Below, piece after piece: positions 28,849 through 42,999 of a stretch of DNA of 64,000 bases. A model generated the notes under the pieces. That model was not told where the DNA came from and did no database searches. It was given only the letters and a program-made list of their open reading frames with translations. The stretch is from the human T2T-CHM13v2.0 reference genome, Homo sapiens. Every line of letters starts with the position of its first letter. Within the stretch, counting starts at the first letter, position 1. The stretch lies in assembly GCF_009914755.1 (NCBI RefSeq), contig NC_060938.1, one strand, 5' to 3'. The translations under genes and the position numbers were made by a program.

Positions 28849-29276
28849 CTATCAGTGAGCAATAAATGACTGAAAATTCAAAGAATAAATGGTTATGGAT
28901 ACATACACACGTGTGTCTGTTTTTATGTGTGTATGTGTGTGTGTATGGAAGTTCACCTTTGATTAGAGGTTTTTAAATGTGATTACTGTTAAATGATTAG
29001 TCCATCTGAACCAATGGGAAAAGCACAACTGAAGCAGAATTTTTTTTAACCCTGAGGATTTAATAACTTTTTTAAGCAACAGTGTTCCTTTTTTGTTTCT
29101 TGTTTCGGTCTATTAAATGGGCACTTGTTTAATTCAGTGACCAATTTTATATAATTTTCTTAAAAAAAGGACACCTTTTATATCTGATTTGATAAAAGAC
29201 AGCAAATAGAGGTGGGAAAGGTTTCATATAGCTATAATATTCTGCAGATAAAAGGAGGCTTGGAAATTATCTGGCT

Positions 29277-29717
29277 CAGAGACTTTTAACCTTTTTTCTG
29301 CCATGGACCCATGTGGTACTTGGTCAAAGCCTACAGATATTTTTTTCATAAAAATATTTTTAAGTGTATAAAATAAAATATATAACATTAGAAAACCAAT
29401 TCAAATCATGATCAAAATAACTTTTAAAACAAACTGCAATATAATAATAAATGCCTATTTTTAAATGCATTAAATAACAAACTAGGAGCAGATCTAATAA
29501 CTACTATAATTTGAAATCATTATAAACATAAAAAGATATTTATAACCATTGAAGTAAAAGGTTCTGTTAATATTACTGTGATTTGTTGCCTGAGCTCATA
29601 ATGAAAGAAGATAATAAATATTAATTAGATTTTTAAATATAAAGATTGTAATTTCATTTCTCTGTCCCAGTGAATGGACCTGTCTTTTACCCACAAGATT
29701 CTCTCAAGGGACCCATT
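29277..29717 (+). mobile_element. hAT-Charlie DNA element (Charlie4a-like)
   Basis: cagagacttttaacc...gccatggaccc start and gagttaaaacccct end form imperfect terminal inverted repeats. Confidence 0.7.
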
Positions 29718-32700
29718 GACCTGAGTTAAAACCCCTAGAAACATCCATATTTTGCAAATAAGAAAACCAAGACCCATAGAGAGGAGATAACTTTACTAAA
29801 ATCATACAACACAGAATTAGATTAATCCTAGCAGAGCTAATCTCAGACCTTTACTCAGACTTTTTCTGTAGCTTTAGTCTAGAAGTTGGCAATTCATCTA
29901 TTATTTGTCACTGATTCCTAGCATGATTTGTAGCAAATTCTTTATTCTTATTGTGCCTCAGATTCTACCTATATAAAATATATGTGACTTAAAATATTCA
30001 TAAAGATAATAAGAACAACTTCAATTTCTATTTTATTTTTACTTACAATAGTTTTCACTTTCACATACATTACCCTACTTAATTTTCCCCATATTATGGA
30101 TGAGGAAATTAAAGCTCTAAGTGTTAAATGTCACATCCAAGGTTACACAGCTAGGAAGAGGAAAGTCCAGTATTGGAAATCATACCATGGGACTCCAAAG
30201 GACATCCTCTTTATCATGCTGCCTTTCATGTCATAAAAAGCCAAAACTCTTTGAGTTCTTCAGTTGAATATGTGCTGTGATATCATAAATCTAATTAAAC
30301 ACATAAGAGCTATTATTAAACTCAAATAAGCCAAATACTTGCATCCTAATTTATTCCAAAAAGTGATGCATGAATGGAACCATGGGAAAAAACTTTTCTA
30401 GAACAATTATCCATTTGTGTTTAAGAAGTAAGAAGAGAAAGAAATAGAATGTAAGAGTCTAAGATTGTAGAGTTATTGGCTTAATGTTATTTAAATCAAA
30501 CTTTTGCTTCTGTTTCTGGGTAGGCTAAAGAGGCAAGTAATCTGAGTAAACGGGTCCCTTTTTCTCCTTCCTCTTAATCTTATGAGTAGATGGTACTCAA
30601 AGAAGTTCATTCTTTCAGAGACTGATTACTCTTAAATAAGTTTAATAAGGTAGAAAAACTAAAGTCAAAATAAGCCATGATGCATCAAAAATTTCTATCA
30701 TCTCTGTCATTACAGTGACCAGACCATGTAAGATATAAAACATCCTGCTCTCTTAGAAAATAAGGAATCTTCTTAACCTAACCTGAAACTCTTGGTATAG
30801 AAAACTTTTATTGGACTCCAAATGTCACTATTTGATTAACCTTAAGTAATATTAATTTCTAAATTCTTGAGATCATTCTGTAGGATACCCAGATATCTCT
30901 TAGCTATAATCTACATACTTCTCATATTATCTGTCAATACTATCAGACCCAAATAAGTAAAACTTCTTTGTAAGCTGATAAAACAGGTACAGGAATGGCT
31001 ATGATCATACTTATACTATTAAAAATAAATTTTAGTCTGCTGAGATTGAAAAGAAAAATAATTACTACAAAATATTCAGATTTAGCAAATGTTTCCTCTG
31101 TACAAAGCAGTGTATTTAATGTAGTGGGAAATAAAAAGAGGATAAAGTCATGATCCTTTTCCTCTAAGAACCTGCAGTCTACTTGGGGACTCATATCAGT
31201 AATTGGAATATGAGTAACTATTAACTCCTATTCTATATTATAAACTTCTATAAGTCCTATATTAGAATTTCAAATAAGATGCCGTAAGAATCTAGGCAAA
31301 TCTAAACCTAGGTTGTAGTGTTGGTTGCACAGCCATATAACTTTATTAAAAGTCATCAAACTTTTAATACTTTTATACTTAAAATGAATGAGTTTTATGG
31401 TAGATAAATTATATCTCAACACTGCTAAAAGAGTTTAGAGAAAGAAGAAATTATTTCTGATTGAGGAACTTGGGAATTTTTTTTTAATGGCTGGTGTAAT
31501 CTAAGCTGGATCTTAAAGGACAAGTAGTATTTGCATCAGAAAATAAGCAACAGTGTATTCCAGATAAAGGCAACAGCTTGTCTAAGGTCTAAAAGTTCAA
31601 GAATACAAGGCAGTTTCTAGAGGAGCTGGTTGAGACTTTGCTCCATGCCTTAGATTATATGGCTTGCATGCCTACCGTGCATATGGCCATATGGCTATGA
31701 CATTTCCAAAATGTTCTGGCGTATCCCTACTGAGAAACGTATAACTGTACATAGAATTTTCCACCTCTCTTTGGGTTAGAAACAAGAGCTTGCCTACATT
31801 ATAATGAGGAGGGTGTGTAATCACAGAGTTATTTTACAGCTGTCAGTGGCACCACTGATCATAACAACTACTGACATTTATTTTCATTTTTATAGCTTAA
31901 AATCACTGATGAATGCATTATCTCCTTTGAGCCACAATCTTTATTTTTTTTCTGTGAGGAAACTGAGATTATGGGAGGGCCCAGAGCCTAAAATACCAAA
32001 GCCACATTAAAGGGAAAGTCAAGATATTCTGGCCTGCTAAGAGTAAAAAGAGGAAGAGAAAATGAGTACATGATCATTGAACAGTTTAGACATTGCTAAC
32101 TAAATTGGGATGTACACATGAATCAAAGTTCATCTCACACAAAAAGAATAAAATGGATAAAGTTAACTACTGTCACCAATAATATGAAAGCAAAGTTGAA
32201 TTTTTTCCTGAAGAGCTGAAATAAGCCTATTATTGACAGGAATAGCCCATTTTAAATACCTTGTATTGATAACAGAGAAGAGTACTTAGGAAACAGTTTC
32301 TAAATAGCTTTTTTGTTGTTTGCTTTTTTAACAATGTAAAAAGATTAAAATTTAAATTGTGTCTTTCCAAAACAGAGGACTTCTCAGATTATATAAGTAA
32401 GCAGCTAAACAGAAACTTAATTTCTAATTTAAAATGTGATTAGTGGCCAGTAAAGTCATGTTTAAAATGGAAAGATAGTTTTCCTAATGTCCTTCAAAGA
32501 AGATGACTTATTTTGTTCTTGACTTTGACCCCATCTGACCAAGTGCTCAGAATTTTTCAATATGAACCATACTGTATACCATTTACAAGAAAAGGAATAC
32601 AAATTAGCCTGGTGAGCAGCAAAATAGGCAATTTTTTGAAATCGGATTTGTGTTAACCTGCAATCAAATGTAATTTCCATTTTAATACTTATACATTCTT

Positions 32701-32776
32701 ATATTGTTATGAACCTATTCTTAACACGGGTTTTATTTTCTTTGTTTCTCTCCTCCCTCACTTCTGTGAAATACAG

Positions 32777-32872
32777 AAGGGAAAGGATGTTATTCACACA
32801 TTTGTACCCCCACTAACTGGTGTTACAGTACATCTGGCTTCCACTGGAGAGCCCCTGACATCGCAGGGAACG
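32777..32872 (+). CDS. GPHN: Candidate additional in-frame C4-region cassette, 96 nt, KGKDVIHTFVPPLTGVTVHLASTGEPLTSQGT
   Basis: AG-free from 32628 to 32774 with a long polypyrimidine tract, then cag|AAG; open in phase 0 to ACG|gtgatc (weak donor); non-repetitive and GC-richer than its flanks. Confidence 0.55.
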
Positions 32873-35654
32873 GTGATCAAAATTCCACACACTAGCTTCA
32901 AGCTGGGGGCTCGTAGCTACTGCAGCATTGAAAGGGAATCTTTTCCTGGCTTCTTTAAAATAAGCATGGTGATGGGATGGTTTAAGGGAAGAACACCTCT
33001 CAAATCACATGACCACTGCTACGCTTTCGTGTGTCCTGCTTTCTTCATAACAGCTTGGCACTACATTCTTTCCCTGTATCTTAATGGGCTTGTGTGTGTA
33101 CAAGTGGGGTGGAGGGTGGGGAGGTAAATGGATGGTTATACATTATGCATGCATCTTTCACTGTTAAAGCAATGTGCCTTCCCTTATATGTCACAAATTA
33201 TGGTCACAGATTAAATCTTCTGTGTCTTGAGATATTGGGCCATCTCTCTCTTTTTGGTGTGAGATTCATGTGTTTGGGTGTGTTTTGATGTTTACACCCT
33301 CAATTGTTCTTCATGTTGCATTTAACGTAAGTTGAAATGTTCTCCCATAAGAGTTAGCTTTTCATGTTGGGCTGAAAAAGTCTTCATTTCTGTGTAGCAA
33401 TTCATGTTATTATAACCTATGGCTTTCAATTGTACCTCCCATAATGAAGAGCTGACTTTAAACACTGTGCTATTCTTGTTATGACCTAAGCATAAGGTAA
33501 GTGATTTCTCTAACTGTATCTAAAGATTGTTGTTGTTTGTTAAAATTTCTTCGCTTTTTTTAAGGCATTTTCACTTTTGTTCCTTACATTTATTATGTGC
33601 TCTCCCTTCTGTTTTTCTGTTTCACATCTTAAGATTTCCTAATGGACGATGTGATCTTCAGCAAAAATTATATTACACATGTAAACACATGTTGAAATGA
33701 ATTATTTGATGTCTCAAAACAATCTTGATTAGTAAATGAATATACCCTATGTTTTCATTAAGTCCTTCATGTTTTTTATTTTCTCCATTGACTTTAATAT
33801 AATATGCTGTTCCTACATGTTATTTTAGTTTTGATTCCAGTTGAAAGGGGAATTATTTGTCAATACTGTAAAGTCAGATGTTAACTGAAGTAAAATAACA
33901 TGATCCAGTAGAATAAAGTAGAAGGTAATCAGATGCCATACCTTTTATTTGTAATCCCTGACAAATTTAACGTTAGGCCAAAAACTGTTTTATTTTGCTT
34001 TCCAGACTTTCCTTTTTTTCCCATAGAGTAAAGCCAGGGTAACATAAAGAAAAAAACGAGAAGCCATAAAACTTGAGACAGATCTGTGTTACCTTCTTTA
34101 TAGTCCATAAGAACAGTAGTTGTTTCTCAAGTGTATCATTTCAAGTGTATGCCATTACATTGTGAGTTAAGTAAAATTTTCATTTTGAAATTGTATAAAA
34201 TTAAGTACATATTATAAAGAGAACTAGTTTCATGGTGCAAGAGAAAAAGTTATTTGCTACATGCATAAATAATAAACAACATTTTTAAATTTTTCTTTTC
34301 TTCAGTGGTGTATAGGTTGATTGATTGATTGATTTATACACACACACATACTCAAGATCACTAAAGGAATTCTTATAATCATTGATATTAAAGTGATTCT
34401 CCCCAAATCTGGTTCAAATAGCCAATGTAATATAAATGGGAAAGCATTGATTATACTGCTGTTGGCAATTTATGAACCTTGATAAACGCTCAGATTCAGG
34501 GAATTGAATTGTTTTCATCATCCAAATTTCTCCACCAAAGCTGTTTGAAATATGTAGTTCTAAACTGAGGTGCCACAAAGCAACACTTGGGTTTCTTTAT
34601 TCAATTCATGTTATGAATGATTTTGCTTGTTAATTTTTTAAGTTACCTAGGGAACGGGAGAGGGTATTTTGTTGTTGTTTTGGTTTGGTTTGGGTTTTTT
34701 TGGTAAAGCCAACTAGTTCTTCACCACCATTTCCATTATATACATTAGAAAATGTATATAAGAGGCATTATATAAATCTGTTGGAACATTTTATGAGACA
34801 ATTTGAACTACTCATCTGAACTGCTCTGTTCATTGTAAATCTCTTGTTTCTATCCATACACTAGCTCCACTCTAGATTGGAAGGGCTTAAAGATGAACTC
34901 TGGAGGAATAGAGGCTACGACTTAAGAGTAACTATTACTGATCAAAGGAGCCACTTTCCATTCGCAAACATTGCTTTGCGCTATGGGTTTGGGCTCCTTC
35001 TGTTTCTACATCTTGTTGAATGAAGACTTTCTTGACTTCCATTTGACTTCTTTGAACTCTGTTTTTGTCTTTTAACATTTCCCCCTTTCTTTTCCTTCTC
35101 TCTCCCAGATTTTTCTCTCACTCTTCTAGCTTTCTCTTGTGTTCTTTGAATCACTTTTTGAAATGTAGTTTCTCTCTTTATTAAGCTTGTCTATTGTCTG
35201 TTAGTGTGTGTTTCTTTTCTTTAAGGCTGTAGTGGTATAGTTACACTTATGTTCATTCCATAGTATAGCAACTTGCTTATTTATTTTGCAGCAAGTTCAT
35301 TAGTCATTCTTACCCTCTTGGTATGAATTTTTAATGAGAAATAGCAGAACATTCTGCATTTACATATTGTCCCCTTCTGTAATTCCATACTTTATTTTCC
35401 ATTGTTTAGATTTACACCCTCAAACCTCTCTCTCTTTTCTTTTCCTCATTCTTGTGTCTTCTTCCCTGTATTATTTTCTTTAAGCAGTCATTGATTTATT
35501 TCCCATTTGGTCCAGAATTGTACTTAAATAAGACTTCTGAGTAAAAGAATATAAGAATATTATCTTCAGACTAGCTTTTTCCTTCTAGTATGTTTAAAAC
35601 TAGTTGAACAATCTGGGCCAAAAGAGAATAACTAACATTTGGAATTATTTTTCC

Positions 35655-35668
35655 TTTTTTTTTTTTTT

Positions 35669-35719
<51 letters not shown>
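35655..35719 (+). repeat. Poly-T run followed by a (TG)n microsatellite
   Basis: Seen directly. Confidence 0.95.
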
Positions 35720-35721
<2 letters not shown>

Positions 35722-36745
35722 TTTTCTTGTATGTATGTTTGTGACTTTTTTATTGCCGTTTTTTTAAACATTAACAATTGTTTTTTTCAGGGAAGGACAA
35801 CCATAACCCACCCTAAGTTGCAACATTCCTTTCATAAGTTGTTTCATTATGATAGTAGATTGTGTTGAACTATAGAAATTAATTTGTTGTGTATATATCC
35901 ATTTGTGGCAAGCTGCTGTGGAATGGGAAGCAGAGGTCTGGAGCTTAAATACAGTTTCTTTTGAAATTAACAACATGTTAATGACATGTACCATGCTCCT
36001 TGAATGTAACAGTTTTATCACATTTAAAAGAATGTTTCACATTGACTTAAACATTTGAGTCAAAGCATAAGGGTTTCTGATTGATAAATTCTATATACAC
36101 CTAAGAACTGGTAAATAAATTTGTTCAATTTCATTGATTTTCAACAGAAGCATATTTCATAATCAATATTATAACTATGATAAATTATGATAATCAGTAA
36201 CAGGTTATCAGAATCAAATGTAAATGTTATATAAGGATCAATAAGTAACAGGTTATCAGAATCAAATGTAAATGTTATATAAGGATTTCTCTATTTTCCT
36301 CCCATTAATTTATATACATACTAAAAAATTACTATAATGGAATACTTAGTTACAACTTAATTACTTGAATTTTATTATTATTCTAGTCAAGAGATATACT
36401 GAATGCCTTACTATTAAGGGCCAATATTTACAACTAAATATACAGTAACAAATTTCCATATACCGATTTTAAATACAAATGAATAAAAAATCACCTTTGG
36501 TTTATCTCTGTGTAATTTACAATATTGTACCCCGAATTTTTTTCTGGAAGTCAGTTCTTTCTTTAAGGAAAAGATAAAGAAAAAAGATGAAACAAGTATA
36601 ACATTTTTACTAACATGTTATGACATCTGAAATACTAATATATAAAGCCTTTGCTCCTAGACCTCAGGAGCTTGCCCATTAAATATGCATATCTGCCTAT
36701 TCATGCTATAAACCCTAAATTACTGAGTTTATGCTCTTTCTACAG

Positions 36746-36788
36746 GTCCAGTCCAGGTGCAGCAGCAAGGAGAACATTCTCAGAGCCA
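36746..36788 (+). CDS. GPHN: Gephyrin constitutive exon, 43 nt, [14 protein letters not shown](S)
   Basis: ctctttctacag|GTCCAGTCCAGG...AGAGCCA|gtaagt; matches gephyrin ...[23 protein letters not shown]...; phase 0 in, phase 1 out. Confidence 0.98.
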
Positions 36789-37664
36789 GTAAGTATTTTA
36801 CCATTTCTGGTGGGCTGCTGAACTAGAGCTTATAAAGCTAAAAATGATATTTTGGTGAAAAAAAAGAAGAAAAGCAATGGGGAATATTTATGTGACAAAT
36901 ATGAATATTAGGGCTTTTACCTTCTAAAAATATTGCCAGTATCAATACATTAATAAATATTTCCCTTAATCTAATTGTTTTTGCAAGCTGACACCAGAAC
37001 TTTGATGCACTCCTAGGAGGGTAGGAATGAGCTCCTCTGTGACTCTGAACCTCTCTTTAATTGTTCCACTGCCAAAAGTTATTTGAAAACAAACTAACTG
37101 AAAATAATAATAATAATATTGAAAATTCCTGAACAGAGACTAATTCTGAAAAAAGAATATGTGGCTCCCAAGAGGGTACATCATACTCATTTTGTGAATA
37201 TGAATTCCTGACATATAATAACTTCACAGGCAGCATGTGTTAGAACATAGAACCTTAAACCAAGAGTAAAGAATGCTCAATTTATTTATTGGTTTGATCA
37301 CTAATAGCATTAACTCAGGAGTCATTTAACTCTGTATATCATTCATTTTTCTGTCTTATAAAAAGGAACTATAATAGGTTTTCCTTATCTGTACCTTTGA
37401 AATGATGTCACATTGAAAATCGTGTCTTAAAAGATTTGGGATCCTAAGAAAAAAGTGCTATATAAATGCTAATGGTTTTATTATTGTTCTCTATATCTTA
37501 ATAGCTTAATGACATCATTCCATCTTCTTCCTGATCTTTATCAAGAGAAGTACAGGGGAATCATACTGAAATAGGCCTACTGATACTCATACCACTGGGA
37601 GTTTTAGCAAATTGAATGATTTCTATTTCTAGCAGTATGTCAGCATTATTTTTGTGTTATACTC

Positions 37665-37935
37665 CTGGTTATGCTTTATTACAGTGAAAGGATACAGATT
37701 AACATCAGCAAAGGCAAAAAGATACATAGGGCAGAGTCCAGGAGAAACCAGGTGCAAGCTTCCAGTTGCCCTCTCCCAGTGGAGCCATATGGACATTGCT
37801 TATTTCTCCCAGCAGCAATGTATGACAGCATGCATCAAGTATTGCCAACCAGGGAAGCTCACTGAGCCTTAATGTTCAGGGTTTTTATTGGGGTTGGGTC
37901 ACATGGCCATGGAGTGCTCATGTGGCTGATCTTTA
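37665..37935. mobile_element. MER21-family LTR fragment
   Basis: aaaggatacagatt...cagagtccaggagaaaccagg...gccaaccagggaagctca recalled as MER21-like. Confidence 0.7.
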
Positions 37936-39199
37936 TTTCACAATAAAAAAATAGAGACCTTCACAAAGGTAAAAATTCATGGGGTTTTTTTGTGTAAATT
38001 TTTCCATTTTTGTTTTGTAAATCTGTTATCTTAGCTCCAAACCCTTGGGCAAACACAATTATTGCTTGCCCAAGACCATTATATTGGCAAGGCGCAGTGG
38101 CTCACACCTCAAAAAAATAAATTCCTCTGAGCCCCTTTGAACCTCCAATTTAGGGTATGGGGAGTGTTTCCAATTGTTACAGTGAGATAAGTCTCGCATT
38201 AGATTGCACTTTGATTTCTTTTCTTTGAGCTCCCTAGTTGCCAACTTTATTTTGTGTCCTAGGAGTAAGGAATCCTTTTTAGGACTCCTTTGATAATCTA
38301 ACTAAATTTGAAAATGCATTTATCCTTGGTAAAAATCTGTCTTATTACCAATAACACTACTATTTGTCTCTGTCTGTCCTTGTCATTTTTTGTTGTATCT
38401 CTGTAAGGGGTACGTTCATAAGGAAAAACATAGACATAGGCCTCAGTAAGTATTTTGCAAGCTGGCCCTGAAAACCAAGTTTCAGGTTTCTTGTAAGACT
38501 GGTGTCCTTTAGATAAACTTTACCCTGGTCATTGATCAACCTATGAGAACCTTCCTTGTTCTCTTTCTGTTTTGTTAGTGAGAGTCTTGCTATGGAAGAA
38601 TTATAATAGGCACCCTGAGGAATTTTTGATATGAACAAAATTGTTTATTTAAAAGGAGCCTGAGAATAAAAAGGAAACAAAATTGCAAACAACTAATGAG
38701 CTAGTTTTTTATTGGTTTGAGGAAATATCCCAAATAAATTGAGATTCCAAAAGTACTTCCATAAGAAATTCCTTGGCCAAGGCAAAATAAAATGTAATAA
38801 ACTTAAAATAATGCCTCTTTTATATCCCTCAAAACCAAATCTTGGCCCTAATTAAGAAGATACCTGGGTCTCACTGGCTATAGCAGGCAATGAGTTTGCA
38901 ACTTTTCTGAAATTGCCATGCCATTATATGACTTAACCAAGTCCTTAGAAACTGAACCTCTTTCGTGGCCACCAAATGTGAACAAGCTCTCACAACCCCT
39001 TGCCTTGCTATATCCATCAATCCCAAATGATTACATCAGGATCTTTATCCAATCTTAATGAAGCTCCTATATTGAAAGATCTACTTTGGACCAAACTTCA
39101 AAATCTCATAAATATCCTGACTTTCCTTTCTGTGACTCTGACTCTAAGACTAAGTCTTTGTTGAAGTGACATTTTTCCTTTCTAGAGTCAAACTCCCTA

Positions 39200-39455
39200 T
39201 ATTAAAATCTCAATTTCTCTACTTATTTGCTGTGTGAACTTGAACAAGTGCTCAGTATCTCTATGCCTCACTTTCCTGATCTGTAAAATGTGGTAATAAC
39301 TTGTTCAGAAAGGGCAGAAATTGTAAAGAATAAAATAAATAAATTTTAAAATGTGGTAATAAGATGGTCTGCCTTATAGATTGTTACAAGGATTAAATAG
39401 TATAATGCTAGGTACATAATAATCACTCAGTAAATGTTAGCTGATATTATTGTTA
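39200..39455 (+). mobile_element. MIR interrupted by a 47-bp insertion
   Basis: ctatgcctcactttcctgatctgtaaaatg...ctcagtaaatgttagct. Confidence 0.8.
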
Positions 39456-39742
39456 CTATTACTACTAATACTACCAATTACCATTATTTTCTTGATAATG
39501 ATGATGATAATAAAATAGGTTACTTTTTATTGAACGTTACTGTGTATTAAATACTTTTCTACATGGTTCATCCCACTTAATCCTCACACACAACAACAAA
39601 TCCTGTGAGTAAAATTCTATTAATTTCTACATTAAATAGATAAGGAAATTAAAGATTCCAGAGTTAAATAAGTTGCTTGTGTATATGGTAAATGGTATAT
39701 GAGTTGAAGCCAGTATTTCAGACCTTGATTTTATAGCCCACA

Positions 39743-40054
<312 letters not shown>

Positions 40055-40441
40055 TTATAGCCCACATTTTTAACCAACATGCTGTGCTACCTAATTAATT
40101 TCAATAAGGCCTTCAAAACCCGATTCAATATTGTGCAAAATATCTAAGCAATAGGTAAGAATAGAAATTGATAGCTGGTATATCCGTGGGTACTTATAAA
40201 CAAATATCTGATTATCAGTGCCAAAATTGTTTTATTACCACGTGTTATCAGGATGATATGACACTATTGTCTTCTGTCATCTTTCCACCTATAATTCATT
40301 TCCGTCAACCACTTTATTTTTAATAAAGCAAACTTTTGTTATTTTTACGAATAACTGGTTTTATGCAAGAAATCAAGTAAAATAAAAAAATTTTACAGAT
40401 GAGAATTTATATTTCAGCACTGTAGGACAGCGTTTTAATAG

Positions 40442-40741
<300 letters not shown>

Positions 40742-40854
40742 TTAATTGTTTTCTTGATGTACTTTGTTCAGCCTGTGTTTTATCGGACAAGTGGTACATT
40801 TTCCTGGGATTAACTTTTCTAGATTTTTTTAGTATATTTTAATGGAATTCAGAA

Positions 40855-42360
40855 TTTTTATTGATATATAATATTTGTACATATTTATGGAGTACAGGTG
40901 ATATCTTGATACATGCATAGAATTTGTAATGATCAAGTCAGGGTATTTGGGATATCCATCACCTCTTGAGCATTTATCATTTCTTCATGTTGGGAACATT
41001 TCAAATCCTATATTATAGTTATTTTGAAATATACAATACATTGATGTTAACTATAGTCACCCTACTGTACTATCAAATATTAGAACTTATTCATTCTATA
41101 TAACTGTATGTTTGTACCTTTTAGCCAACTTTTCTTTATCCCCCACACCATCCTTCCCAGCCTCTGATAATATCACTCTGCTCACTGCCTCAGTGAGGTC
41201 AACTTTTTTAACTCCCACAGATTAATGAGAACTTGCAACATCTGTCATTCTGTGCCTATCTTACTTTCACTTAACATGCCTTCCAGTTCCATCTGTGTTG
41301 CTGCAAATGACAGAATTTCTACTATTTTAAATAGTAGTCCATTGTGTGTATATACCACATTTTCTTTATCCAGTTATTTATTGATGGACACAGTTTAATT
41401 CTATATCTTGGCTATGGTGAACAGTGCTTCAGTAATCATGGGGGTACAGGCATCTCTTTTGATATGCTGATTTCCTTTCCTTTGGATATATACCAATATA
41501 GCAGAATTGCTGAGTTATATGGTAGTTCTATTTGTAGTTTTTTGAGGGAGTCCATAGTGTTTTTTATAATGTCTTACTAATTTACATTCCCACCAACAGT
41601 GTATAAGAGTTCCCTTTTCTCCACATCCTTACCAGTATGTGTTAGTTTTTGTTTTTTTATAGTAGCCATTCTAACTGGAGCCGGATTATATTTCATTATG
41701 GTTTTGATTTGCATTTCTCTGATGATTAGTGATTTTGGGCATTTTTTCATATACCTATTGGCCATAGGTATGTCCTCTTTTGAGAGATGTCTATTCAGCT
41801 AATTTGATTACTTTTTAATGGAATTATTTGGGTTTTTGCTGTTTAGTTGTTTGAATTCCTTGTATGTTGTGGATATTAGTCCCTTGTCTGATGAACAGTT
41901 TGCAAGTATTTTCTTCCATGTTGCAGGTTGACTCTACTCTGTTGATTGTTTCTTTTGCTGTGCAGAAGCTTTTCAGTTTGATATAGTCTCATTTGTCTGT
42001 TTTTCTTTTGTTGTCTGTACTTTTGAAGTCTTAGCCAAAAAATATTTGCCTATACCAGTGTCCTAAAGTGTTTCTTCTGTGTTTTCGTCTAGCAGTTTTA
42101 TAGTTCTCGTTCTTATGTTTAAGTATTTAATCTATTTTCAGGTGATTTTTGTATATAATAAAAGATAGGCGTCTAATTTCATTTTTCTGCATATGGCTAT
42201 CCAGTTTTCCCAGCACCATTTACTGAGGAAGACACCTTTTCTCTGATGCATGTTCCTGATGCCTTTGTCAAAAGTTAGTTGGTTCCCTATTCTGTTTCAT
42301 TGATCTATATGTCTGGCTTTATACAAATACCATGCTGTTTTGCGTACTACAGCTTTGTAG
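40855..42360 (-). mobile_element. L1MA-type 3' fragment (3' UTR and end of ORF2)
   Basis: L1MA 3' end signature; ORF 41577-41765 resembles the L1 ORF2 C-terminus ([11 protein letters not shown]). Confidence 0.9.
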
Positions 42361-42455
42361 CTGCTATTGTTACAATTACTACTAGTACTACTAGTACTAC
42401 TAGTAATACTATGATTAGTATACTGGTGGTACTTCTGGTATTATCATTATTCTTT

Positions 42456-42749
<294 letters not shown>

Positions 42750-42999
42750 TTATCATTATTCTTTAGCGTAAAGGCACTGTCTTAAAAGATCTACTCATTT
42801 AGTGAAGATACATTAACTAGTTGGAATAACAAATTAAGCTTTAAAATACACTAGTCTTACGTAAATTTATCAGATAATTTGGCTGCCACCTCTGAGAGCA
42901 GAGTTTTAAGAAAATGGATGCATTTAGGACTATGATTAGGGTATAAGAGGAAGGGAAAGCCTAAAGGAAGGCATGTCAAGCTTGGGTACCTTTATAAAT

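Noticed and set aside
35040-35320. Strong pyrimidine tract and cag acceptor at 35108
   Set aside because: The downstream sequence stays pyrimidine-rich with a stop at codon 7 and no nearby good donor; more likely low-complexity sequence.
38086-38121. 25-nt Alu-head-like piece followed by an A-run
   Set aside because: Too short to separate a deleted Alu from chance, and no TSD seen.
38110-39180. Possible ERV internal or LTR remnants after the MER21 piece
   Set aside because: The resemblance is too weak to assign family or boundaries without RepeatMasker.
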